A stretch of 64,000 bases of DNA. Source: an uncultured Caulobacter sp. Lineage in GTDB: Bacteria > Pseudomonadota > Alphaproteobacteria > Caulobacterales > Caulobacteraceae. Both the position numbers and the translations under genes were made by a program. The notes below the pieces were generated by a model. The model saw only the letters and a program-made list of their open reading frames with translations, did no database searches and was not told the origin of the DNA. The stretch's first letter is position 1; each line of letters opens with the position of its first letter. Positions 1 to 11,091 of the stretch are shown here, piece after piece. The stretch spans positions 24,639-88,638 of the forward strand of contig CAZISF010000001.1 of assembly GCA_964541915.1 (NCBI GenBank). The letters run 5' to 3'.

Positions 1-771
1 GCCGGTAAATCGACCGTCGCGGCCCTGCTGTCGACGGCGATGCTCTATCAGGGCAGGCGGGTCGCCGTTCTTGACGTGGACCTGCGACAACAGAGCCTCA
101 GCCACTTCTTCGCCAACCGCCGCCGCTGGCTGCCGGCCGCGAAACTGGTTGCCCCGGTGCCGCTGGAATACAAGCTCGCCGAGGACCCGGCCGAGCTGGC
201 CAACGCTGATCCGCACCGCGTCGTTGCGCTGTTCGACAAGGCTCTCGCCCTGGCCATGTCGGCCGCCGACATCATCGTCATCGACACCCCCGGTGGGGAC
301 ACGCCGCTGTCCAGAGCCGCCCACCTGCAGGCCGACATTGTCGTTACGCCGATGAACGACAGCTTCGTCGACTTCGACATGCTCGGGAAAATCGACCCCA
401 TCACGCTGAAGCTTGTTCGACCGAGTCTCTATGCCGGCGTGGTGCACGATGCTCGACGCGCTCGCGCCGGCTATGGCCGAAAGCTGGACTGGGTGGTTCT
501 GCGCAACCGGATGGCTCCCCACGACGGACGCAATCGTCAACGCGTCACCGTGAACCTCGAGCAACTGGCCGCGCAGGTGGGATTCCGGCTTGGGCCGCCG
601 CTGCGCGAGCGGGTGGCCTACCGCGAAATGTTTCCCTTCGGCCTCACGCTCGCGGACATTTCCGCCAACCTCAGACCCGCCGAAGTTTCAACACCCCGGA
701 AGTCCGCGCGCGAGGAGGTCAAGGCCCTGCTGGTCGCGCTGAACCTGATCGACCCGTCGGAGGACGTCTAG
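1..771 (+). CDS. mipZ: MipZ-type ParA-family ATPase (division-plane positioning), 5' end cut by window edge
   Basis: Frame 1 is open from nt 1 (AGKSTVAALLSTAMLYQGRRVAVLDVDLRQQS...). It shows the Walker-A tail GKST, then DLRQ, IDTPGG, TPMNDSFVDFDMLG, WVVLRNR and FPFGLT segments, matching my recollection of Caulobacter MipZ almost motif for motif. Confidence 0.8.
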   Translation, partial: AGKSTVAALLSTAMLYQGRRVAVLDVDLRQQSLSHFFANRRRWLPAAKLVAPVPLEYKLAEDPAELANADPHRVVALFDKALALAMSAADIIVIDTPGGDTPLSRAAHLQADIVVTPMNDSFVDFDMLGKIDPITLKLVRPSLYAGVVHDARRARAGYGRKLDWVVLRNRMAPHDGRNRQRVTVNLEQLAAQVGFRLGPPLRERVAYREMFPFGLTLADISANLRPAEVSTPRKSAREEVKALLVALNLIDPSEDV

Positions 772-826
772 TCGGGACGGTCGTTGGCTGGTCCCGGCGC
801 GCCGGCCACGATAATAGAGAACCAAG

Positions 827-2884
<2,058 letters not shown>

Positions 2885-3174
2885 CGGCCAGCGCCGCCGC
2901 CTCCGCCCCGGCAAGGTCCGCCCGGCTGACGCACAGGCGCAGCGTGGCTTCATGAGCCATGTCAGCCACAGGAATACGACGACAGGCTCTGTCTTTGGAA
3001 CCGTTCCGGGGTGAGGGCGTTGCTGCATCGGTATTCAGTTGAGGCGTCAACGGAATTGGCTGGGGGGTCCGCTATGGAAACCAGCCCGACCGACATCCGC
3101 GCCTCCCTGGCCGTATTCCAGATGCATGCGCCGGCTTCTCGGTGCATGGCGCACCAAGAGCGAGGGGCTCGATC

Positions 3175-4338
3175 ATGAATAAAAGAGCATTGATGCTGAG
3201 CACTCTGCTCGGCGCTATGGCGTTGGCGCCGGCGGCGTTCGCCCAGCCGGACAGCGGTTGGTACAGCGCTTTCGATCTCGGCTACCACTGGCCGTCGGGC
3301 TGGGACGCCACGTCGTCCAACAACGCGTCGGACGGCCGTCCCTACCAGTTCGACTTCCAGACCGAGAACAAGGTGGTCGGCTTTGCCCGCCTTGGCTACC
3401 GGATCAACCCGAACTGGCGCGTCGAACTCGAGGGCGGCTCCCGCCCCGGTAATATTGAAAGCGCGAGGGGCGACCCCGCCCGGCCGCTGCCCAACCAGCT
3501 CTGCAGCCTGTCCGGCATCGCCCCCTGTCGGGCGCCCGGGGGGTCCATCAAGGCCTGGACCCTTATGGGGAACGTGATCTACGACTTTTTCCCGGAAAGC
3601 CAGTTCCGCCCCTTCATCGGCGCAGGCGTCGGCGTAAACCGGGCGGACGTCCGGGTCGCCGCGCGGGGTAATGTTCCCGTTGGCGCGATCGACATCGACG
3701 ATACCTACACCGCGTTCTCGTGGCAGCTGCTCGCTGGCGTGTCGTTCGATGTGAGCGACCGCATGAACGTCGACCTCACCTATCGCTACCTCGACGGCAG
3801 CGATCTGCAGATCAACTCGACCAATTCGTCCCCCGCGTTCAACCCCGGGGATTTCAACGGCGGCTATGCTGACCAGTCGGTGACGTTCGGCCTTCGCTAC
3901 GCCTTTGGCGCGCCGGCGGCTGCTCCGCCCCCGCCGCCTCCGCCGCCGCCGCCGCCGCCTCCTCCCCCGCCTCCGCCGCCGCCGCCTCCGCCGCCGCAGT
4001 ACGAAGCCCGGGAATTCATCGTCTACTTCCCGTTCGATCAGTACGTGCTGACGCCGGAAGCCCAGTCGGTGGTGTCTGAAGCGGCCCAGTACGCTCAAGC
4101 CGGCGGCGCCACGCGCGTCGTGGTCGTGGGTCACACCGACTCCTCGGGTTCGCCCGCCTACAACGTCCGCCTGTCGGAACGCCGCGCCAAGGCCGTCGCC
4201 GATGCGCTGGTGGGCCTGGGTGTCTCGGCCGGTACGCTGGCCGTGGACTGGAAGGGTGAAACCGATCTCGCCGTCGCCACCGGCGATGGTGTGAAGGAAC
4301 CGCTGAACCGCCGTTCGACGATCTCGATCAACTTCTGA
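3175..4338 (+). CDS. OmpA-family outer-membrane protein (N-terminal beta-barrel, poly-Pro linker, C-terminal OmpA/peptidoglycan-binding domain)
   Basis: Start chosen at MNKRALMLSTLLGAMALAPAAFAQ (signal peptide with AxA site). The C-terminal domain has GHTDSSGSPAYNVRLSERRAKAV. A strong terminator follows. Confidence 0.85.
   Translation: MNKRALMLSTLLGAMALAPAAFAQPDSGWYSAFDLGYHWPSGWDATSSNNASDGRPYQFDFQTENKVVGFARLGYRINPNWRVELEGGSRPGNIESARGDPARPLPNQLCSLSGIAPCRAPGGSIKAWTLMGNVIYDFFPESQFRPFIGAGVGVNRADVRVAARGNVPVGAIDIDDTYTAFSWQLLAGVSFDVSDRMNVDLTYRYLDGSDLQINSTNSSPAFNPGDFNGGYADQSVTFGLRYAFGAPAAAPPPPPPPPPPPPPPPPPPPPPPPPQYEAREFIVYFPFDQYVLTPEAQSVVSEAAQYAQAGGATRVVVVGHTDSSGSPAYNVRLSERRAKAVADALVGLGVSAGTLAVDWKGETDLAVATGDGVKEPLNRRSTISINF
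3925..3996 (+). repeat. 24 consecutive proline codons (CCG/CCC/CCT microsatellite-like tract) inside the OmpA-family gene
   Basis: Counted codon by codon in frame with the CDS: 24 Pro codons between AAA and QYEAREF. Confidence 0.9.
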
Positions 4339-4370
4339 TCCCGATCTTCGGCGTAAAGCTGAACCAAAGC

Positions 4371-4408
4371 GGGGCCCCGGTGGAAACACCGGGGCCCTTT
4401 TGCTGTTT
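4371..4408 (+). terminator. Rho-independent terminator after the OmpA-family gene
   Basis: Perfect 11-bp GC-rich stem (GGGCCCCGGTG / CACCGGGGCCC) with a GAAA tetraloop, followed by TTTTGCTGTTT. Confidence 0.7.
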
Positions 4409-4763
4409 GGGCGAGTCGGTCCGAAGGCTGGACCAGATCAGCCTATGATTCCGGATTTCCGGCTCGCGGCCGGCCCGCGCGGCCTGTCGACGGCCAGGGA
4501 CGCCCCGACAGCCGGTTCAAATTAGTTTACCAGCAGGTTGACAAAATCCCGGAATTTTCGCCCTTTAGGCGAAGTTTTCGCGTCGAATGCGCTACCGTTC
4601 GCCTGCCCGCCGAGAGCAGGTGTAGCGATTTGGCAACCCGGATCACCTTTTCGCCTGAATGTCATGAAATCGGGGGTTGCGCGGGTAATACCGGCTGGGT
4701 ATTGGTCTTCCTGACGCTCAGGTTCCTTAGGTCCTTGCGTTGTAACTCACGAAGAGGTGAATC

Positions 4764-4994
4764 ATGCTCCGCAAATGTGCCACCGCTCTCGCTGTCAGCC
4801 TGGTTTGCCTTTCCGGCCAAGCCTTCGCTCAGCAAGTGTCGGCCAAAGCTACCACGAGTGCTGTTGAACGCGTCGGCGCCCAATCGGGCCGCTCGAACGA
4901 GTTCGCCGGTATCCCGCTCCTGTACCTGGTGTTCGGTGTCGTCACGCTCGGCATCGTTGTCGCCGCGAACGACGACGACGGCGCCAGCGACTAA
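4764..4994 (+). CDS. Small exported/membrane-anchored protein (76 aa), function unknown
   Basis: Good RBS (GAAGAGGTGAATC before the ATG). N-terminal signal peptide (LVCLSGQAFAQ), C-terminal hydrophobic helix and an acidic tail. It has its own downstream hairpin. Confidence 0.4.
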   Translation: MLRKCATALAVSLVCLSGQAFAQQVSAKATTSAVERVGAQSGRSNEFAGIPLLYLVFGVVTLGIVVAANDDDGASD

Positions 4995-5044
4995 GGGTTC
5001 GACTGGCCTTCGGGTCTGTCAGAATTAGTTGGGCTACTTGATGG

Positions 5045-5080
5045 AGGCCGCTGGCTAAACAGGCAGCGGCCTTTGTCTTG
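5045..5080 (+). terminator. Putative terminator hairpin after the small ORF
   Basis: Perfect 9-bp stem AGGCCGCTG / CAGCGGCCT with a 10-nt loop, followed by TTGTCTTG. Confidence 0.45.
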
Positions 5081-5338
5081 AGTCGCATCTGTGTGGCCAT
5101 GCCGGCGGTTCAGAGGCCCTGCGTTCGTCCGAATGCGATCAACTCTTGGCGCGACCCGCGCATGGGTTGTCGAGGTGAGGGCGACATACTATCAGCGCAG
5201 CAATAGACAGAGCCGCGCAGTCGACGATTCCCATCAAATGCCACAGCACTGCCACGGTACTCGGATATTGCGCGTTGCAGACCATTTGATCGGGTAAGGT
5301 GCGATCCAGCGCCATAGTGACTTTGGGGAGTTTCTACA

Positions 5339-6043
5339 TTGATCGGTTCGAGGATGATGGTGGTCGCAGGGCTGACCGTAGCTGTCCTTTCCACGACCGC
5401 CTGCGCCTCGCAGGGCGCCCCGCAGAGCGCCGGGCAAGGGCGGGCCGCCTTCCTGTCCGCCGGGATCCAGCCTCAGGCTGAGACGGCTCCAGACTACCGC
5501 GTCGGCCCCCAGGACAAGCTCAACATCACGGTTTTTCAGGTCAAGGACCTGACGGTCGAGAAGATACAGGTTGATGGCAGCGGCCGTATTTACTTGCCCC
5601 TCATCGGGAGCGTCATTGCGGCCGGCAAGACCACCCAGGAGTTGTCAACTGAGATCGCCGACAGACTGAAAGGGCAACTTCAATCGCCGCAGGTTTCGGT
5701 ATCGGTGGCTGAAGCTGTCAGTCAAAAGGTTACGGTGGATGGCTCGGTGGTCGAGCCTGGCGTCTATACCATGAGCGGCCCGACGACCCTCCTGCAGGCC
5801 GTGGCCATGGCCAAGGGGCCGGACATGAAGTACGCAAATCTAAACCACGTGGCCATTTTCAGGACAATCAACGGTCAGCGGGCAGCCGCTGTTTTTGACT
5901 TGAAGGCAATCCGTGCCGGCCAGGCTGTTGACCCTGTGATTATGGGCAACGACGTGATCGTTGTGGAAGGTTCAGCGACGAAAAGCGTGTTCCGGGAAAT
6001 CCTGACTGCGCTGCCGGGACTCGCGGTCTTCAGCTACTTCTAA
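5339..6043 (+). CDS. Polysaccharide export protein, Wza/ExoF-like (Poly_export plus SLBB), lipoprotein signal
   Basis: TTG start with GGGGAG RBS. Lipobox-like LSTTAC. YRVGPQDKLNITVF...DGSGRIYLPLIGSVIAAGKT is typical of the Poly_export family. Confidence 0.8.
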   Translation: MIGSRMMVVAGLTVAVLSTTACASQGAPQSAGQGRAAFLSAGIQPQAETAPDYRVGPQDKLNITVFQVKDLTVEKIQVDGSGRIYLPLIGSVIAAGKTTQELSTEIADRLKGQLQSPQVSVSVAEAVSQKVTVDGSVVEPGVYTMSGPTTLLQAVAMAKGPDMKYANLNHVAIFRTINGQRAAAVFDLKAIRAGQAVDPVIMGNDVIVVEGSATKSVFREILTALPGLAVFSYF

Positions 6044-6090
6044 GCTGTCTACTTAGTTTCTGTAAGTTTCATTTCGAGGTTTGACGATCC

Positions 6091-8388
6091 ATGGCGGCCA
6101 GAGGTGACTACGAAGGTGGAGCTGCGCCGCTCCCGTCCGACCGGATGATGACCTCGCGATTCGACCCGATCGTTATGCGGGATGATGATCGGTTTGATGA
6201 TGCCGACGGTTGGGGCGCATCCGGCTTCGACGAGTCACAGCGACTTCAGGTGGCGGCCATCTGGGGCGCTGCTCTCAAGCACAAGTGGGTGATCATCGGA
6301 TCAGTCATCGGCTGTCTTTTGATGGGGATCGCCGCGACCCTGCTCATGCAGCCGCTCTACACGTCCCAGACCCTGCTCCAGATCGACCGGGAATCGAGCA
6401 AGGTGCTAAACGTAGAGGGCTTGATGCCTACTGAGGCGCTGACCGGCGACGAGTTCCTTACCACCCAGGTGGGCTTGCTGAAGAGCGAGACATTGGCGCG
6501 CCGAGTCGTTCAGTCTTTGGATCTCAGCCAAGATCAGACATTTCTGCGCATGGCTGGCGAGAAGCTGCCCAAAAGACGGGCCTCGGATAAGGGGCCGGGC
6601 AAGGCAAGGTCTGCCAGCGCCCTGGAGGGTGAACTGACTAAAACCCTTATGCGCAATACAACCGTGACCCAGCAGCGCGGATCAAGACTTGTAAATATTG
6701 CCTTCACCAGCCCGGACCCGGCCCTTTCTGCCCGTGTCGCCAATGCCCTCGCCGCGAACTTCGTCACCACTAGCCTGGAGCGTCGCTTCGAAGCCTCCTC
6801 CTATGCCCGTACCTTTCTAGAAGAGCGGCTCCGGCAGGTGAAACAGAAGCTAGAAGACACGGAAAAGGAACTGGTCGCCTACGCGGCGCGGCAACAGATT
6901 ATCAATGTCACGACCGAGGCCGGTTCGGGACCGACGGCGGACGGCGCCACCCAGTCGCTGACGGCCTCGAACCTGTCGGCATTAAACGCGGCGCTCACCG
7001 CAGCGAAGGCTGATCGCATCAAGGCGGAGCAACGCTGGAGGCAGGCGCAATCCACCCCGGTGTTGTCGCTCCTTGAGGTGTTGGGGGATCCAACCATCCA
7101 ACGCTTGCGGCAGGATCGCGCGACCCTTTCGGCCACCTATCAACAGAAGCTGACTATATATCGGCCTGATTTCCCCGAGATGCAGCAACTCCGGGCGCAG
7201 ATCGACGAGGTCGACCGGCAGATCAACACGGTCGCCAACGCCAATCTCTCGGCGATCCGGTCACAGTATGAGATCGCACTCAAACAGGAACGATCCTTCG
7301 CAGAACAGGTCGAAAAGCTCAAAGGGTCTTTCATGGACCTGCGCGAGCGCAACATCCAGTACACCATCCTTCAACGTGAAGTGGACACCAACCGCACCCT
7401 CTACGAAGGGCTGCTTCAGCGATACAAGGAGGTCGGCGTCGCCGGGGGGCTCGGTTCGAACAACATCTCAATCGTTGATCGAGCGCTGGCGCCCGACAAG
7501 CCATCGTCGCCGAAGCCGCTACTCAACCTGGCGATAGCCTTGCTGCTCGGCCTGGGTTTGGGCGCGGGCATTACTGTGCTCTTGGAGCTGCTGGATGAGT
7601 CCATCAGGACGCCAGATGATATTGTTGCCAAGCTCGGGCTCACGCTGGTCGGCGCCATCCCTGAACTCGAGAAAGGTGTCACGCCCCTCAGCGCAATCGC
7701 TGATCCAAGATCAGCATTCACCGAAGCTTATTCTTCAGCGAGAACCTCGCTACAGTTCTCCACCACAGATGGTTTGCCACACAGCCTGCTCGTCACCAGC
7801 TCACGTCCGTCAGAAGGCAAGAGCACCACGGCGATGGCGCTCGCGACGAGCTTTGCCAACCTAGGGCTTCGAGTCTTGCTCGTGGATTCCGATCTGCGCA
7901 ATCCGTCCATGCACAGGCTGCTCAGCCTGGATAACAGCGTCGGGCTGAGCAATTTCCTGACCGGCGAAAGTCTGGACGCCGTTATGCAGACCGTCAGCGC
8001 TCCTTCGCTGACCGTCGTTCCCTGTGGGCCGTTGCCCCCTAACCCGGCCGAGCTGCTAGCGGGCGCCAGATTCCCGCAACTGCTAGAGGAGGCGAAGGCG
8101 CGATTTGATCTGCTGGTCATTGACGGCCCGCCCGTCATCGGACTGGCAGATGCCCCGATTCTCGCCTCGCGAGCCGCTGCAACCGTGCTTGTCGTCGAGG
8201 CAGGAGGCGCTCGGCGTAGCGTGGTGCGAATTGCAACCAAGCGACTGCTCCAAGCCCGCTCCAGGCTTCTCGGCGCGTTGCTGACCAAGTTCGATGCAAA
8301 GTCATCCAGCTACGGCTACGGCTATGGCTACAGCTATGCATACTCCTACGAGTACGGCCAGAAGCGCCTCGACAAGGACGCTGCCTGA
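6091..8388 (+). CDS. Wzc/ExoP-type polysaccharide co-polymerase fused to a BY-tyrosine autokinase
   Basis: 765 aa. It has an N-terminal Wzz-like TM plus a coiled-coil periplasmic domain. Walker A is SEGKSTT, Walker A' is VLLVDSDLR, Walker B is LLVIDGPP. The C-terminal Tyr cluster is SSSYGYGYGYSYAYSYEYG. Confidence 0.85.
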   Translation: MAARGDYEGGAAPLPSDRMMTSRFDPIVMRDDDRFDDADGWGASGFDESQRLQVAAIWGAALKHKWVIIGSVIGCLLMGIAATLLMQPLYTSQTLLQIDRESSKVLNVEGLMPTEALTGDEFLTTQVGLLKSETLARRVVQSLDLSQDQTFLRMAGEKLPKRRASDKGPGKARSASALEGELTKTLMRNTTVTQQRGSRLVNIAFTSPDPALSARVANALAANFVTTSLERRFEASSYARTFLEERLRQVKQKLEDTEKELVAYAARQQIINVTTEAGSGPTADGATQSLTASNLSALNAALTAAKADRIKAEQRWRQAQSTPVLSLLEVLGDPTIQRLRQDRATLSATYQQKLTIYRPDFPEMQQLRAQIDEVDRQINTVANANLSAIRSQYEIALKQERSFAEQVEKLKGSFMDLRERNIQYTILQREVDTNRTLYEGLLQRYKEVGVAGGLGSNNISIVDRALAPDKPSSPKPLLNLAIALLLGLGLGAGITVLLELLDESIRTPDDIVAKLGLTLVGAIPELEKGVTPLSAIADPRSAFTEAYSSARTSLQFSTTDGLPHSLLVTSSRPSEGKSTTAMALATSFANLGLRVLLVDSDLRNPSMHRLLSLDNSVGLSNFLTGESLDAVMQTVSAPSLTVVPCGPLPPNPAELLAGARFPQLLEEAKARFDLLVIDGPPVIGLADAPILASRAAATVLVVEAGGARRSVVRIATKRLLQARSRLLGALLTKFDAKSSSYGYGYGYSYAYSYEYGQKRLDKDAA

Positions 8389-8413
8389 CGCCGGATAACT
8401 CTGAGGGAGGGCC

Positions 8414-9676
8414 ATGCAGAACGCATTCCGGTTTCCATTGGTGAGATTCGTCATTCCGGGAATAGTGACGGGACTGTGCCTTTGGCTGGCATACAGCGTG
8501 ATCACGACCGGCATAGCGGGCCACTACGAGAATGGCGACAAAGACGCGTTGGCCTTGCGCTGGCGCCCAAGTTCTCCAGAAGCCTTGGCCGGCGCGGCCA
8601 GTGCCCTCGTCCGTGAAGGCAACTACCCCGCCGCGGATGCAATGGCCCGACAGGCACTGAAGCAATCGGCGCTACGGGCCGACGCCCTGCGGACGTTGGC
8701 TCTTTCAGCATCGGCGGAGGGTCGCGCGGGCGCGGCCCTTACCCTGATGAGCCGGGCCGGCCAACTCAATCCACGTGATACCCAGACCCAGAACTGGCTG
8801 TTCGAAAATGCAATGTTGCGCGCTGACTACAGGCGCGCGGTTTTGCACGCAGACGCCCTGATGCGCCGGTCACCGGAGGTATGGTCGGCGCTGTCCTATA
8901 CACTCGTAGCCCGGCTTGGGGACAGCGCCGTCCGGGCCGCCGTCATCCAACATCTTGCGGTTGACCCGCCGTGGCGGGGAATCTTCCTCTACAAGGCGGC
9001 CAGGAATGGCGCGGACGCCGACGTGGCGGCGCTGTTCCAGGCGCTCAAGCGCACTGCCTCGCCGGTTACCGACGAGGAAGCGGCACCTTTCTTCAGTCGC
9101 CTTGTGTCAGAGGCGAAGTACCGTCAAGCGAAGGGATACTTTGACACCCTTGTGAGCACATCGGTTCAGTCGACGCCCTTGGTCTACGACGGCGGATTTG
9201 CAGGGCTCCCGGGGCCGCCACCCTTGAACTGGCAGGCCACTGCGGGGGAGGGCGGAAGCGCCAGCTGGACCCTGGACGACGGCGCATCCCTGGGCAGTTT
9301 ACGCGTCAGCCATGACGGATTCAGTTCCTCGGGGGCCCTGGCTGGTCAGCTGATTCTCCTTCCGCCCGGCTCTTATCAGGTCAGCGCTCGAACGCGGATT
9401 GACGACCCTGCCGCCGCTGGACGGTTCAAGCTTCAGATCACCTGCGTCAGCGGGTCCCGGCTTGTCTTGATGACACTGAACGGCGTTCTGGGATCCTGGA
9501 TTCCATCACAGGCCGGGTTTACCGTGCCGCCGGAAGCTTGCGAAGCGCAGTGGCTGCAGATCGTGCCAGTTACTGGCGACCGGCGCGAAATTGTGGAGAT
9601 GTTGATCGACGACATCGTCGTCAGACAGGCTGCAGCCGGCTTTTCTCATCGCCAGGAGTCGGGATGGAGCCAATGA
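8414..9676 (+). CDS. Hypothetical membrane-anchored protein (N-terminal TM, Ala/Leu-rich TPR-like repeats, beta-rich C-terminal domain)
   Basis: 420-aa ORF with RBS GAGGGAGGG, sitting between wzc and the polymerase-like gene. Its 3' end overlaps the next start by 13 nt. I recognise no family. Confidence 0.55.
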   Translation: MQNAFRFPLVRFVIPGIVTGLCLWLAYSVITTGIAGHYENGDKDALALRWRPSSPEALAGAASALVREGNYPAADAMARQALKQSALRADALRTLALSASAEGRAGAALTLMSRAGQLNPRDTQTQNWLFENAMLRADYRRAVLHADALMRRSPEVWSALSYTLVARLGDSAVRAAVIQHLAVDPPWRGIFLYKAARNGADADVAALFQALKRTASPVTDEEAAPFFSRLVSEAKYRQAKGYFDTLVSTSVQSTPLVYDGGFAGLPGPPPLNWQATAGEGGSASWTLDDGASLGSLRVSHDGFSSSGALAGQLILLPPGSYQVSARTRIDDPAAAGRFKLQITCVSGSRLVLMTLNGVLGSWIPSQAGFTVPPEACEAQWLQIVPVTGDRREIVEMLIDDIVVRQAAAGFSHRQESGWSQ

Positions 9677-11091
9677 CCGGAACGAAACGGCGTCAGCGTG
9701 CTCTGGCCAACATCCAGGTCACGCGGCGGAGTGGCGCGACGCAGCTACCTGTCTCGCCAGTATTCTGGCTGTCGGCAGCGCTGCTAGCGGTGGCCTTCAT
9801 CTTTGGCGGACAGAGCCGCGACAACCCGCTTTCGACAATGACCGTCGAGCTCTTCGGCGTCCTGCTGCTCGCCGTAACGGTGTGGTCGCGCTCACTGTCT
9901 GGGACATGGCGGGCTGGCTGGCTTGAGACCATCCTGATTGGTGGGATGTTCGTCGTCCCGATGCTGCAACTCGTCCCGCTACCACCGGATATCTGGATGA
10001 TTCTTCCTGGCCGGCGCGACGTAGTCGAGACGTTGCGGCTCTCAGGGATCGAACCAGGCTGGGCGCCGCTCAGCCTGGATCCCGAGTCGACGTTTCGGTG
10101 TCTGCTATGGCTTGTTCCACCGGCGGCGCTGTTCCTCGGGGTCAGCGACCTGGACACGGGCGAGCGGTTCCGGCTGGCCGGCGTCGTTCTGGCGCTCTGT
10201 ATTGCCAGCCTCGTGCTAGGCGGCCTACAGATCACCGACGGGGATGGCGGGCTGTTCGCATCGCCCGCGGGGGGGGGGCATGCCGACCTTCCGATCGGGT
10301 TTTTCGCCAACCGCAATCACCAGGGGATCGCCATGGTCGCCGCACTGCCGTTCGCGGCGGCTTTCGCGGCGATCTGGGGTTCGGCCGCCTCGCAGCGGAC
10401 CCGGGCGGCGAACATCGTCTTCGCCGCCCTCGTGGCTCTCCTCCTTGTCGGCGTGCTCGTCACCCGCTCGCGAGCGGCACTCTTACTTGCCGGGCCAGCG
10501 CTAATCGCCAGCATTGGCATCTTCTGGGCGTCCTCCGGAGACAAGAGCTTGCGACGCGAGGCGGTCCTGATGATCGGCGCCGCAGCCGTCGCCTTGGTGT
10601 TCGCCGCCCAGTTCGCGATCAGAGCCATGTTCGACCGTTTCGAGACTCTCGCCCAAGGGGATGGCCGTTTCGATATTTGGCCCTCGATCATCAAGGCGGG
10701 CGCTGATGTGGCCCCTGCGGGCGCGGGGCTGGGCGCGTTTGTACCGTTCTATCGCGCCTGGGAGCCACTGGACCTGATGGGTCCCAGCTTCATCAACCAC
10801 GCCCATAACGAGTATCTTGAGCTATGGCTCGAAACTGGATGGCTGGCGCCGTTTGTTCTAGTCGCCATCTTTCTCTGGCTGGGGCGCGCCTCGCTGAAGT
10901 CCTGGTTGGGGCCCGGGCCACAATCGACCGCGCTTGCGCGGGCCGGTAGCGTTGCGGTGCCAGTCTTGCTGACCCACTCGGTCGTCGACTATCCGCTAAG
11001 AACGTTGGCCCTCGCCTGTGCCTTCGCCTTCGCTGCAGCCTGTCTGGTGTCCGGTCAGCCGCCCGCATCCGGCGGAGGGCGGGGGCAGTGA
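9664..11091 (+). CDS. O-antigen ligase / ExoQ-family (Wzy_C domain) membrane protein
   Basis: Multi-TM protein with the Wzy_C-type signature NHAHNEYLELWLETGW. Start set at the ATG at 9664 (MEPMTGT), overlapping the upstream stop. The longer ORF from 9538 lies inside the previous gene. Confidence 0.7.
   Translation: MEPMTGTKRRQRALANIQVTRRSGATQLPVSPVFWLSAALLAVAFIFGGQSRDNPLSTMTVELFGVLLLAVTVWSRSLSGTWRAGWLETILIGGMFVVPMLQLVPLPPDIWMILPGRRDVVETLRLSGIEPGWAPLSLDPESTFRCLLWLVPPAALFLGVSDLDTGERFRLAGVVLALCIASLVLGGLQITDGDGGLFASPAGGGHADLPIGFFANRNHQGIAMVAALPFAAAFAAIWGSAASQRTRAANIVFAALVALLLVGVLVTRSRAALLLAGPALIASIGIFWASSGDKSLRREAVLMIGAAAVALVFAAQFAIRAMFDRFETLAQGDGRFDIWPSIIKAGADVAPAGAGLGAFVPFYRAWEPLDLMGPSFINHAHNEYLELWLETGWLAPFVLVAIFLWLGRASLKSWLGPGPQSTALARAGSVAVPVLLTHSVVDYPLRTLALACAFAFAAACLVSGQPPASGGGRGQ
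10269..10278 (+). repeat. G10 homopolymeric tract inside the ligase/polymerase-family CDS
   Basis: Sequence is CGC-GGGGGGGGGG-CAT, encoding PAGGGH. It is the longest mononucleotide run I found in the window; other G or C runs are 6 or shorter. Confidence 0.95.

Noticed and set aside
772-826. 12-bp perfect palindrome CCGGCGCGCCGG between mipZ and nadE
   Set aside because: It is short and GC-only, so it is expected by chance in this composition. It has no flanking conserved arms like the BIME-like units.
3901-4000. CCG-rich repetitive DNA that could be mistaken for a non-coding tandem repeat or array
   Set aside because: It is in frame within the OmpA-family CDS and encodes the poly-Pro linker. 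There is no spacer/repeat organisation.
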